Origin: Minutocellus sp. GHC0000111
Taxonomy: Eukaryota
NCBI GenBank assembly: GCA_977018835.1
Contig: OZ361259.1
Span: forward strand, 2,480,001-2,544,000
DNA: 64,000 nt
Direction of reading: 5' to 3'
Part shown: piece after piece, positions 24,194 through 36,711 of the stretch
How positions within the stretch are numbered: position 1 is the first letter of the stretch
Layout: every line of letters starts with the position of its first letter
Translations under genes and position numbers: made by a program
The notes under the pieces: model-generated
Databases searched by the model: none
Seen by the model: the letters and a program-made list of their open reading frames with translations, nothing else
What the model was told of the DNA's origin: nothing

Positions 24194-25215
24194 CAAAACA
24201 ATCTCAAAGAGGTTTCTGTGTACATGTATGTGTGTAGTAGGCTAGAGGAGATGGAGCTTCAAGGTACGAAATGTGACGTGGATCGATCAAAATATGATTT
24301 TCACTTGGAGGCGGGGCTTATGTGTGAAAAAATTTCGGAAAGTGCTTGAGTGCCACTCTCTTTACTTTGAAAACCTTTGGACCGGTCAAAAAATAAGAAA
24401 GAAGAGAGTGAAAAGCCAAAAAATCAACGATTTCGAGCGAGCCGGCGTCATTGGAAACATTAATTTTTATTCAGAAATGAATGCGAACATAAACTGCCAG
24501 CACGGCAGGCTTGCCTCCCGTAGCCTCTGGTACAAAAACCACGTGCACGGTTTTTCGTTGATTTCGAACGAAGCTCCTTCCTTGCCTTTTTTTTGCTCTT
24601 TCTTCTCTTGCGCCGAGTCCTCCTAAGTTGTCAACTTGCACCTCTGGTCAACCGGTGGTTCGGGGGCGGCCGACACAAAACCGTGCGTCGTTTCATCCCA
24701 TCGCGCATCTTTGCGAGCCTGCATCGCCAACACTCAAGAAACATGAAACACAACTTGACTGCATGCTTTGTCTCTCCACCACGTTGTTTTTTTCGAAAAG
24801 CAATGAGGCCCTTCCTTCTTTTCTTTTGAAACACGTGGCACAACGACGCCGCCTCCAAGTGCTTGTCAGGCCTCATGCTTCCGAAAATGGCCAAACAAGC
24901 TCTAGGAATCCTAGGCCTGCTACGCAAGATGCAACAGTTTTTACACAAAGCAGCAAGACCATGTGCTTTGTTTTGCTTTTTTTGCTCTTCTTTCGCTTGC
25001 GCTCGAGACTCAGAGATTTTAAAATGGTTTGGCCTTTTGGACTCGTTTGACTGATGGATTTCTGGCTGTCACAGAAGGGGGGCCTGTTTACTACGTAGGT
25101 AGGAACTGTTGGGTCTACTAATGAGATTCATGACGGACGGATTTTGACTGACAGAGAGAGACCGACGAAAAAGACGCAAAACGGCGGCCTTGCTCTCTCT
25201 TGTCGTCTTCTCTCG

Positions 25216-26816
25216 CGAGATAAGTTTGTAAACATTGTCATTGTGGTAAGCAAGTGGCCCTAACAACTTAGCTGGTCTCCATGAAGCTTCACTTTTCTCT
25301 GGCGTGTGGCCTCTGAGATCTGAGATCTGAGCTGGTGGTGACATGATGCGAGATAGATGGCCGAGTTAATATGGCTCTGTCCGTCGTGCGTTGGAGACCT
25401 ACGGGCTCCTATTGGGAACTCGGGTTTATTTTTTCGGAAAATTTTTCTTTTCGGCAGGTTGCGGGCCGACCTCCCACCTGCTCTCCCTCCGACCCCCAGA
25501 CGACAAGGAAGATCGTGAGCCAAGGATGCATCCGCCTCATTAGTTATCTTCTTTTATCATAGACATGGCCTGAAAGTGTTTGGCTCGACCTCACTTTTCT
25601 GAGAGTTGCGAAATTCCGTCATAAGACCACGACGTTCCCGTGTCATCGGCCTTCACATGCTACTTTCAACAGAAAAGTTGAAGGCATTACGACATAAATG
25701 ATGAAAGGCAACTCTCGACGGCACGAAAGTTCTCTTTGATACCAGTATGAGACGCGGACATGGTGGTGCTGTCGAGATCTTTGTCTGAATTATCGGAAAT
25801 CATCGTCACAATGCCCAAAATTGAGGTGCGCGATCGCCCAGAATTCGACCCTCTCGAGCAGATGTACGTCGAGTTGAGCGCCAAGATAATGGTCGATCCC
25901 ACACAACTTTTGACATTTTTCTCCTATCACTATACATGGGCAATCGATGCACTTTCCAGACGGTTTCGGTTTCATGACATGGTTGAATTCGAGGCAAATC
26001 CACTATTTGGAGAACACATTTTGGGCGTGGCCGTGGTCTCCACAACAATGTCAGGTACAGCAATCCATCAAATCGACGCAAGAAGTGATGAAACTCACTT
26101 GATTCATCAACCACATGTGACACAGAGTGGATTTGTATGCAATGGAGATACTATTTGTGGTGACAAGGGACTGCGATCTCATCTGCTGTTGGTCGAAAAT
26201 GAATTGATCATTCTGCTCACACGTCCTCCACGAACATACTTTCTCCATTCACTATTGAAGAGTGTGACGAATCCCTCGTTCCAAACATGTTGAACCGATT
26301 TATATACATGCATACCGATGTTTGATACCATTCTAACGAGGTTGCATGCTTGGTGGACCTGTAGCTATCCGAAGCGTTCGTGGGGGGTGTCAGAGAGAAG
26401 TTGCTGATTTTTCGTAGGGGATCAGAATATTGATTTCTCATCAATTGGGGCAAATCGCCGCCGCTGGAGCCATGCAATTCCTTCTTAGGACCACACATCG
26501 AGTGTACAATGGTTTCAGCATTCGCACATGGCCAGTCTTGGTATGCAAGGGTCGCCTATTACCGCTGATGGGTATAATTTTGGCGGAAAAATCTACGCCT
26601 AGGAAGCATCCATGGCGACAATTCGAGATCCGAAAGGTTACCTTGCTTGCTTGAAACTGTCTTGTTGTCTGATGTTATACCCAAACTATCCTCGCAAAAC
26701 TTGGACAGAGTATTCGAGCATATCTTGGTGCAATACGGCGACCTGATCACTCGTGGAGGGTCCAGATTTCTGGAAAACCTGGAATTCTGGCATATTGAGA
26801 TTGCCGAACAAATCTC
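25216..26816. repeat. Long direct repeat, copy 2 (partner at 16527-18310), within a gene-free ~24.0-27.7 kb stretch
   Basis: Same alignment as copy 1; has a short extra segment near 26745-26765. Confidence 0.92.
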
Positions 26817-27879
26817 ATGTGTGGTGTTTTACTGCAGCGAATTTATTTCGTTCCACTCTTTTGGATACGGAGAGGCTTTTTGGAGCTTTCACCGAGGTTT
26901 CGAGCATCTCTTGGTGTCCATGTGTCCCCATTCGTCCGTGCGGAGGTTGAGATTTGGCCGAAAAGTGCCCGAAATCGGGCTTACAGGACTGTTTTCTCAA
27001 CAATTGGGCAAAGATTCGTTCTTGAAATGATATCACTGCATTGATGTGGGCTAAGACTTTGCTTTCGAAGCTCAGGGTGAGGCTTGTCTGCTTGGTTATC
27101 GTTCAATAGCACCCTGATGAGATGTTTGTGGCCAAATTTGCACAAAATCCAGATTTTGGCGTTTGGGCAGGTTTGGTGGGTTCAAACCTCACTTATGGCG
27201 ACGGAAATCCACTCCAGTTGCTTTCGTACCGCGGCCATATATCTAACAAATGATGTGAGAGCTTGGGCCAAGGATTGCATAGCGCCCTGGCCTTCAATTT
27301 CTTCCCGGAGGTTAATTCAGAGGTGAGATTTTGGGGGTTTGAGTGCATGCAGAGTACTGTAGCGAAGTCTCAAACATACCGATTGGTAGTAGCAACGTAA
27401 GATCTACCAGGATACACGCCTGCACATTAAAATCAAATGCAGTCTACTAGTATAACAATAGAACTATAGCGACTACACCATTCCAGTGGGATCTGATGTA
27501 CTGCTCTCGGCTTCGCTGCTTCTGCTACTCTCTGGGCTGCGCAACTGAGCAATCACGGCATCACCACCAGAAGCACAAGGATCTGCAGAATTTCTATCGA
27601 CTCCTCTTGGCCGAATTTTTGTCTTCTTTGTGCACCTCTCGCTTCTTCATCGATTCGAGTCAAGTTGGGTATTGTAGAGTAAGGGCTAGATGATTTGAAT
27701 TCAAGCTCGAGTACCGTAGAGGAGAGCGTCGGCCTGTCAGTTCCTGCTCCCTGGCCATCACAACTAACTCTCGACAGGAAGAAGGAGAGATTGGTTCACT
27801 AATAGTAGGGATTCCTAGCACTAGTAGCGTTGATTGATGGAGGCTCTCCCATGTTTTGTGATCGCATTGTTTGCTCTAG

Positions 27880-28839
27880 CTAGCTAGGACCCATCACCAC
27901 CTGGAAAGGCACGTCCTCCACCAACATGCGCATGCCCCCGCTGTCCTTGGAGGGGAGCTCCCAACACTTGGCGATGGTGGCGAAGCTCTCGCCGTCGTCG
28001 ACGTCGACATGTCCCCACACCGTGTGCTGGTTGCCGGAATGCACGGCGGGCTGGTCGTGGGTGTTGACGAAAAAGTCCGGCCCGCCGGCCGTCCCGCCGG
28101 CCCAGCCGACGTCGCCCTTGACCATGACGGGTCCGTGGCAGCCGCAGTGCGGGTCGTGGGGGGGACACACCTGCGTGACGTTCTGGTATACGTCGGGACA
28201 TTTGCCAAATATTTGGTTGGGTGCAATGGGTGGTACAACAGCATCACCACTCTGGAGGATGCCCTGGAGTATTCCCGGCCTCTCGGCGCGGTACCACCGG
28301 CAGGAGTGGGCGTCGCACGTGTTGGATTTGACGACGGAGCGGACGTAGTCGACCGATTCCGGCGACAGGTCGGGACGGAGGCGGATTCGGATGTTTCCAA
28401 GGGGTGCTTTCAGGGTGATGATGGAATTGGAATTGCTATCGGCATCGGCAGCGGTGGGACTAGAAGTACTACTAGTAGTAGTTCTCGATGCGTCATTGCC
28501 GACGGCACCCCGAACTTTGCTCGCGGCGCTTGCGGCGGCTGAAGTCGAAGCAGCAGCGCCTTCGGAAGCGACAATGCTGCAGTCCTGCCGAAGCAGCACT
28601 GCTGCTGCCAGAATCAACGCGCCAAGGATGCTCATTGCCACCAGGCACAACCGTAACCGCCCGACCCAGACCGACGAGAAGTTGCCGGACGTTTTGGAGT
28701 GCGAGGAAGAAGAGCCACCACGACCGGCGGCGGCACAGGCGCCATCATTTCCAAAGTCAAATGCAATGCTGCTGGCCGTGGCGGCGCTACTACTCGTAGC
28801 AGTGGTACCTCGACGGTCTGTCAGGGATTTGCTGTTCAT
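27880..28839 (-). CDS. Cyclophilin-like protein with N-terminal membrane anchor
   Basis: LGNIRIRLRPDLSPESV, WYRAE, GDVGWAGGTAGGPDFFVN and HTVWGHV; hydrophobic segment LCLVAMSILGALILAAAVLL. Confidence 0.8.
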   Translation of the reverse strand: MNSKSLTDRRGTTATSSSAATASSIAFDFGNDGACAAAGRGGSSSSHSKTSGNFSSVWVGRLRLCLVAMSILGALILAAAVLLRQDCSIVASEGAAASTSAAASAASKVRGAVGNDASRTTTSSTSSPTAADADSNSNSIITLKAPLGNIRIRLRPDLSPESVDYVRSVVKSNTCDAHSCRWYRAERPGILQGILQSGDAVVPPIAPNQIFGKCPDVYQNVTQVCPPHDPHCGCHGPVMVKGDVGWAGGTAGGPDFFVNTHDQPAVHSGNQHTVWGHVDVDDGESFATIAKCWELPSKDSGGMRMLVEDVPFQVVMGPS

Positions 28840-29415
28840 TCTATACCGGCAATAGTCATAGCAGTGGGCTTGCCGGCCCTCATGTTCCGTAGCATGGCCG
28901 TCATGCTTCCGAAAATGGCCGAGAGCAAATCAGATACGCAGCGCCGGCCAGAATCAAGTTAGAAAGTCTCCTGATCGTGAATTCGGGGTTATGCTTTCAC
29001 CGTTTGGTCAGACGCAGCAGCAAGTCATCAAGCAAGCATGTCATGTGTCACAGTTTTGCACTTGCGAAGATACGCCGGACGATAGAGGGCCAACTAGCAA
29101 GCAACCATCCTCAACCAGCCTTTTCATTCCAAGCGTATTTCTCTTGGTTGTGGTAAATTTATTTTCGCTTGCTGATCAACATAGCCCATTTCGGGCATAA
29201 GAAAAAAGATACTCCGACAACAAGAAACAAGACACCATACAAAACATTGACCTCCCTTGCCCGCTGGAGACGAGTCGGGTGCCGTGCTGTATCTGCTGTG
29301 CTGTTGCGTGCGGCGTTGATTTGCCCACACGCGCATATCTGGCAAGATTCACGGCCTGGTATAATTTCATTGGTGGAATTGATTATTCAATTGTGCCAGA
29401 GCTACGTATCTAGCC

Positions 29416-32400
29416 ATGTTCGCCGAGGAGTTGACGGCGAGTTCGGCCAAGAAGCGGCAGGAGCAGAATCGGGCACGGCGGAGGCAGCTCAAGCAGCAGC
29501 AGCAGCAAAGTCAGCGATCGGCGGCAGGAACAAATAATTCAACGCAAAATAAAGGGATCGGTGCAGGTGCGATTGGTGGCGGTAGTGCTGGTGCGTCAAA
29601 TGGAAATGCAAGTGCAAGTACCAGCATCAGCATCAGCGGAGGAGGAGTGGGAATCTCAGCATCAGCAGGGTCGTCGGGCATAATAACAGCATCGGCAGCC
29701 AAGACAAGCACAGCCTCGGCCTCGGCATCGGGTGCATTATCGCAGCCCCTATCGGCCGTAGAACGGGCCGCCGCCGAACGCAAAGCCCGCCAGCAGCTCA
29801 AGCATCAGTCCCAAAGTGCCACCAAGATCCAATCTCTGTATCGTGCCCATAAATCCAACACCGCCCTCTACATACGCCAAGCCGAACTGCTCGACAAGCG
29901 CTTGGCGGATTTGCAGACCTTGGGAAATATTCTCCTAAAAGCCAACAAGGGGCAGTACGTCCCTCCACCCGCCACGGCCACCACCCTCACCCTGCAGCTC
30001 CTCTATCTGACCCACCGCACCCCCTGGAGACGACGGGATGCCAGTCCCGACGGATCCGCCCACTGGGGGACCGAGAAGAAGCTCAGCCTCGGGGCCAACA
30101 TTGGGAGCGATAAGGATTCGCAAATATTGTTGGATTGTGCCGACGGTACGGCCAACCTACGGAGGTTGACCATCTATCTGAGCTGTGTGGTCCTGCCCGG
30201 CATTATGAGTTCGGACGATGACATGGACCCGTTTTTGCCGTGGTTGGACACCTATGTGGGACGGAGGAGGGTCGATCAACTTCTGAGGCTTTGTATGGAG
30301 GCCCTGACGGGATTTCGGACCGGCGGTGGCAATGCAAGCTCATCGACATGCCAAAGGAAGGGATCTACCCCCACCGCAAGCGCAACAACTTCAACCGCCC
30401 CACGAAGCGTCAGCGTTGAGGAGGAGGCCACCACCGGTGCCGGGGAGGCCGTGTGCAATCTATTTCGGCAGCTCATCGGGGTGGATCGGGACAACAAGGC
30501 CCGTCCGGCGGTACTGTCGTATTGTCGCTCCAAACTCATCCTGCCCGAGGGGTGCATCGACATGAGTCCGGGACAGTCCTACTACAAACACCCCGGTGAC
30601 GACAACCTCGACCTCATCCGGCAGACCCGAACGCTGCTGCTGTATGGCATCTGCGGTGGACAGCCCATACCGGACACGGCCGAGGTGATGCGAGAGCGGT
30701 GCGTGTCGGAGCGAGATCGGATCCGTGCCGACCGGGCCGTGTCGTTGCTGGTGGACATTCTCATCGGGGTCAAGGGCAAGGCGACGGCGTATTTGGCCGA
30801 TTTGGGCAAACTATTGAGCAGATTCGTGGAAGAGATTTTGACCGTTCCGTTGTTTACCTGGAAGGTCTCGCCGGTGACGACTCGACGGCTGGTCACGCCG
30901 GCCCCGGTGACTAACAATTTCATCCCCATCATCGATATGCTCAGGGCATTCGCGTCTCGTCATGCGGAAGACTTGTCTGTTGGGGAGGTATGCTCGGTCC
31001 TGCCCAGCTTGGATGTGCCAATGACCAAGTGTCCCTCTCCGGCCATCATGTGTCTGCTGGCCAACACTGTCCAGTTTGGACAAATGTGCATCCCCATCAA
31101 TGGTTCCGACCCTAAGCTCTTCGATTACCGGGCGACAAATTTGTTCTTCTTGGTCATGGCCTCCCTCGTAACTCGGCCCCTCTGGGAGCCCTCTCATCGC
31201 GTCCCTCGGCGGTGGAATGGGTGAGCGAGGGTACGAGGAGTACCCCGATTGTCTTGTCGGTGGTGATTATCGACCAGTGCAAGGCCTTATTGGCGGATTC
31301 GTATGTTCGCAACCTCTTCAACTGCGCCATTGATGAAGATATCATTCGAGTGGAATCCATCATTGCCAGTAAGAACGACAAGGATCGCAAATATGAGAAG
31401 GAGATGACGGAGTTGGGCAGTGCGTCCGCCGCTAGTTTAGCGGCTCGTGAGGCAAGAGTCGATAGATCCAAGGGTTTCTGGCAGAGCAGTAGGTGGGCCA
31501 AGAAATTATCCAAGAATATCAATTCCCTCATCTCTGGCGACGATAAGAAATCAACACAGAAAGGATCGAGCCCCAAAGGAGGTGGAAAGCTGGTGAACAC
31601 CTCGTCTCTATCGCGAAAGCTTGCTCACAGTGGCGATAATTCCGGAGCCATTGCAGAAGCCAGCGCCCAAGCGAAGAAGGAGGAGGCTCAGAAGCTGAAG
31701 CGGGCCAACAATCAGGAGTACACCACCAAGGCACTCTTTGCGCTGGTAAGAACATATGGCTGCATCTTGGCTCGATGGGGTGGATATGGTAAAGAAGATA
31801 TCGTTGGTCGGGCACCGGCAAAGAAGAAATCGGCCGAGAATGGCAAGTCTTCGACGAAGGAAGCGCTTGGAAAACCCGATCCACTTGCGCAGTCATTGTT
31901 GAACGCCATCTGTTTTTCGACACCAGTAGTAGAAACTCTATGGGCAATCATCCAGTCGGACAATCACACCATCAGCGATCTGTACAAAGTGATTGACGAA
32001 GACAAGGCGTGAGTGCAATATGCTCGTTAGTTCTCATGTTCTTTTGCAATAATGCCTCCGATCCCTACTGATATATTTCCCCCTTTTCTTTTCTAATTGC
32101 AGATCGAGCCCAATCCGATGCCTCAAGTCGCACCCAATGTTTGAACGCTCCGGTGCACTGAATCTTGTCTATCGCAGAGATGGAAATCTTGGTTCCGTCG
32201 TTCTCTATGTATTTGTAACCTGCCTCGCTCACATCCTCATCGTTACCGATGACATCGAGCTTCATGACATGAACAAGCCCCTGCCACCGCACCAAATCCG
32301 TCGCTGCATTCTCCTACTAAAGAAGCTTCTGTATAGAGCAACGTGTTTGGATTATATGAAATCACCAAGTGATAGGCTGATCCCACCTGCTACCGACGAG

Positions 32401-33813
32401 ACCGCAGATAGCAACTACTTTGGCCTCGCCTTGATCTCGGCCTCTTCCAAAACCATGCGAGATCTGTATGATCGGTCAAGCCGACGACCGCTATGCCCGC
32501 CCAAGCTTTGGCTGGTCGAGGACCTTCTTGAAAAGGACATTCGTCGATGCAAAACCAAGGAGGATTATGTAGCGCTGCTCTTGCTGCCAGTTCTTCGGGT
32601 GTGCCCCTTTCTTGTGTCTTTCAAACGACGACTGCGACTCTTTGAACGGATAGTGGCCACCAATCGGATATCGATTCAGGGTAGTAACGAAAATCACAAT
32701 TTACAACCAGGCGTCGTTGTGAAAATTATGCGCGGCCGAGTACTAGAAGATGGGTTGATCCACCTCAACAACCTCGGCAGCGACCTACGACGACGAATCG
32801 TTGTGCAGTACATAAGTGCCGCCGGTGCATCAGAGACGGGTGTTGACGTTGGTGGTCTGTTCAAAGAGTTCTGGGCAGACTTGTCTAATCTGGCATTCGA
32901 TCCGAATTTTGCCCTCTTCAAGGCTACTGAGGGCTCTGGCAACTGTCTGTATCCCAACCCATCCTCTCGCGCGGCTCATGGAACTGATCACATTGTTTTG
33001 TATGAGTTCCTCGGCCGGATCCTCGGCAAGGCCCTCTACGAAGGCATCACCATCCAGCCTCAGTTTGCACACTTCTTCCTATCGTTTCTGCGTGGCGATT
33101 ACAACTTTTTGCACATGCTCCCTGACCTCTTCACGATGGATCCGCAGCTCTACAACAACCTCATGTTCCTCAAGACGTACGAGGGTGATGCCTCGGATCT
33201 ATGCCTCACCTTCACAGTGAACAAGGACGACTTTGGTGGCAACGAGGAGGTACCGCTCATCCCCAACGGGGCCAATATAGAGGTGACCAATGCCAACAAG
33301 CATCGGTACATTGGTCTTGTGGCCAAGTATCACGTTTGCGATCGTGTCCGAGAGCAATCCCAAGCCTTTGTCCGTGGTCTGTGGGAGGTCATTGATCGCC
33401 GATGGCTCCTCCTTTTCAACGAGCCCGAGCTTCAGGTGCTGATCTCAGGTTCCGCCGACGGAAAGATCGACGTGGCTGACATGAAATCCCACGCGCGCTA
33501 CACTGGAGGTTACACCATATTTGACAAGCACATTGCCCGCTTCTGGAATGTCGTGGCCTCGTTCAGCAGCACCGAACAGGCCGAGCTGCTCAAGTTCGTC
33601 ACGAGCTGCGAACGTCCTCCTCCGCTCGGATTCATGACGCTCAATCCACCCTTTACCATCCAAAGGGTGGGCATACTGCGGGACGGGGACAAGCTCCCCT
33701 CCGCGAGTACGTGTTTCAACACCCTCAAGCTGCCGTCGTACAGCAGCGAGAAGGTGATGAAGCAACGGTTGTTGTATGCCATCAAGAGCGGTGCTGGCTT
33801 TGAATTGACGTAA
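29416..33813 (+). CDS. IQ-motif HECT E3 ubiquitin ligase (UBE3B/UBE3C-like), 2 exons, one apparent frameshift
   Basis: IQ motif ATKIQSLYRAH. HECT motifs GVDVGGLFKEF, FLGRILGKALYEG and LPSASTCFNTLKLP, ending GFELT-stop. Intron 32009-32102 splices in frame. A 1-nt frameshift near 31167 joins LV to APLGALSSRPSAVEWV. Confidence 0.92.
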
Positions 33814-34137
33814 AACCACACCATACCACTACCTCGCTGTATTTGCGAAAACATGCTACGTAGAAATAACAATAGATATACATGTATTCTAACCTACTTT
33901 CTTCACTTCCCATCGCCTGAGTATGTCAATATGATAAAAAACGACTGTGTAGAAAATTGTTATACATATTACAAATCAGCAAAGAATGTCACTAGTAGGC
34001 GAGTTAGGTGATCATGTATCGCGCATAATGCATGCATATGCTATTCTAGCTAGATCTACTTTGTAGTTGTCTTTGCTCTTATAATATTTTACAGTTATAA
34101 CCAATCAATAGCGGGCTCCTAGATAAGCCGAATTTAT

Positions 34138-34881
34138 TTATGCGGCCGAAGCGGCGGGCAAACGAACGTCACCATCGCCGTGTGTGGCACTCTTACCTTC
34201 TTCCTCCTCCTCGTTCTCCATGTCCATCATGTCCATAATTTCATGCGATGACGAATTCGAGCACGATTGTAATTGCGATTGCGGTGCGCCGTTGTTGGCG
34301 ACAATGACATCCTCGACAAAGCGTTGGTATTGGTCCATAATGTCTCCCAGCCTCGTGGGTCGGCTTCGACCGTATCGTGGATCCTTGTCACCATCCTCCC
34401 TGACCATGCGCAGGAGGTTGAGGGATTCGGGATAGGAACCCAGCGCCACGTGGCAGAGGGCTAGGTTGTACATGACGTAGGCTTAGAAGTCGGGACTGTA
34501 CCTGTTGAGGGCATCCTCTCGGCGCATCAAAAAGTTGATGGAGCGCTGGTAGTGCTCGGTCGATGAACGATACGAACATCGCTGGTAGTGCAGGGCGCCG
34601 AAGGCGAGATGATGACGCGTCGCGGCAATAAAGTGGGCGGACAGACGAGACAGCAGAGATTGGATCTCGCTTTCGTGCTGCTTCTTGTTCTGGTCGTGAT
34701 GGTGATTGTGGGCAGATGCTCCTCGGGAAGACGAGGAGGACGGACAGCACATGCTCGAAGTAGAAGCGGTCGAAGAAGTAGAAGAAGAAGAAAATGACGA
34801 AGCCGCGCACATCGTGCTTCCTTCCTCCATCGCAGTATTTGTTGGCGGCAGCGACGACGACGGCGATGCGTTGGACATCAT
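34138..34881 (-). CDS. TPR-like helical protein with one in-frame TAA
   Basis: ORFs 34483-34881 and 34138-34473 share a frame: HHLAFGALHYQRCSYRSSTEHYQRS...SPDF*AYVMYNLALCHVALGSYPESL, two TPR-like helix pairs either side of the stop. Confidence 0.6.
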
Positions 34882-36039
34882 CCAGTTTTCTGTTGGTTTC
34901 TTGGTTTTCAGACCAGATTTCTCAGTGGGACTTTCTCGCTTGCTTGGCGCAATTTTGTACGCTGGTTTTCCAACTTTTGATTCGAAGTGAATGAATGATC
35001 AGTTGCGGAGAATTGTGAATGGGATGGGGTGGCAATTCACACAGAGACTTTGTTGGCGTCGCTGAGTTAGTAAGCAAGTCTGTTTGGTATGCAGTCCTCC
35101 AATTCCTTGCGTGTGAAAAATAAAAGAGGCCGATGCCCGCGTGGGGCAAGATGGGTACCGCAAGATGCCTGTCTTCTTTCGTCGTGCGGTCCATTCGCTG
35201 TGTGTCTTTGTGTTGTTTTGCCACCGCGCAATCTGACACCAACATCGTCTCAATTTCATCATTCGTCGACGAGATTTCTGGAATGAACACCCACGGCCGT
35301 ATGAGTTGCAGTCCCGTCCTTCGTCAACGTCAGAAGCAAATGACCCTCTCTCAATGAACGAGCGTCAATCCAGTCCATGATTTCTGAATTGGAGGCCGAG
35401 AATATTGCGACGTAATAGGAATTCCTATGTATGATCGGGATAGCCTTTTCTTTTGTCATGGTCCCGTTTTATTGTTCCCGTTATATCAAGGGCTTTCCCA
35501 AACATTTGACCCCCCGATACTTTGCCCGCCGGAAACTGCCTCTCTTCTCGCCGGTATTCCCTTGGGTGCCGCCGCCGCCGCTGGTGAGTTGCTCTTCCGC
35601 CTTTGTCGGGAGTGAGTTGGATACCGCAACCACGGACATGTATGCTTGCTCGGAGCTAGTTCAATTTGTCACCAAGCTGTCGCATCACCGATTGAAATGC
35701 TCGAGAAATCGTCGCTTCCGATACCGACACCGGATAACACGAACAACGGATTTTGGAGAGGGTGTGGTCGGTGGAGGAGAGAATGTTGCTTCGATTGTTC
35801 GTGCGTGTATTGTCTTTGGAGATTGGATTGGGCAACTCATTCTGATTGGTTGAGGCATACAGAATCATCGTGCCGTTGGATATCTTGTCTTGATGTGTTC
35901 TAGCACATGATGTGCTGGTTTACTTCAATTCTTTTCGAACCACTCACCTTGGCTCGTTTGCTTCCTCCCCTCCCCAACAGCAGACCGTGATTTGATATTA
36001 GGACTTATCGGGGCGTCTTGTAACCACACAATCAATACC

Positions 36040-36456
36040 ATGAGCGTCCGACCGTCGGCCAGTTTCATGCCTTCCCAGGACATGCCCCCCGCGGGTGGAT
36101 ATCGCAAGCTCGATATGACGAGATATCTGTCCAAGACGGGCATCGACCGCGGACCGAAGGGGTGGCAGCTGTGGGCCGGTTCGGCCGTCATCATTGCCTA
36201 CGGATACTACAAGGTCGGGCAGTACAACATTGAGCGCAATCAGCAGAAGATGCAGGAACGCAAGGTCCGATACGCCCTGGCACCGGTGCTGCAGGCCGAG
36301 GCCGATCGGGAGTACATGGTCCGAGAGACCGCCAACCTCAAGAAGGAGGCAGAGGTGATGAAGGACGTGGCCGGGTGGCAGGTCGGTATGAGCCCCTACT
36401 TCAGTGGAAAGTGGATGCCTCGCGCCATCGCTCAGCTCGATCGATCGACTAAGTAA
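36040..36456 (+). CDS. NDUFA13: NADH:ubiquinone oxidoreductase subunit B16.6 / GRIM-19
   Basis: QDMPPAGGY, RGPKG, one TM helix, RYALAPVLQAEADR and EAEVMKDVAGWQVG. Confidence 0.93.
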   Translation: MSVRPSASFMPSQDMPPAGGYRKLDMTRYLSKTGIDRGPKGWQLWAGSAVIIAYGYYKVGQYNIERNQQKMQERKVRYALAPVLQAEADREYMVRETANLKKEAEVMKDVAGWQVGMSPYFSGKWMPRAIAQLDRSTK

Positions 36457-36711
36457 AGAATTGATTGGAGACTTACGAGATTTCGGTTGCTAATGCGTTC
36501 AGAGAACTGACAAGCATGGGGAGAACAATATCTCCATACAATGTAAATTATAAGAAAGCCCAGTTTCATATCTTTTCTTATTTACTTTCTTTGTACTTCC
36601 TATGGATTGGTGATGATTATCACGCATTGCTTCTAGACTAGCTACGTCTGTAGCTAGCTAGCTAGTCTAGGATGAAGAGGAGCTCCTCCACCACCCTCAT
36701 CATTTTCTCTA

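Noticed and set aside
17083..26293. ORFs 17083-17577 and 25760-26293 as a duplicated protein-coding gene
   Set aside because: They lie inside the direct repeat, have no recognisable domain and end at different points. Their similarity follows the DNA identity blocks.
16527..26816. Canonical LTR retrotransposon
   Set aside because: No gag, RT or integrase motifs between the repeats, and no clear TG...CA termini, primer-binding site or target duplication.
29416..33813. HECT ligase as three separate genes or a pseudogene
   Set aside because: One canonical intron and a single 1-nt indel join the ORFs into one well-conserved IQ-HECT protein. Assembly error is the simpler reading.
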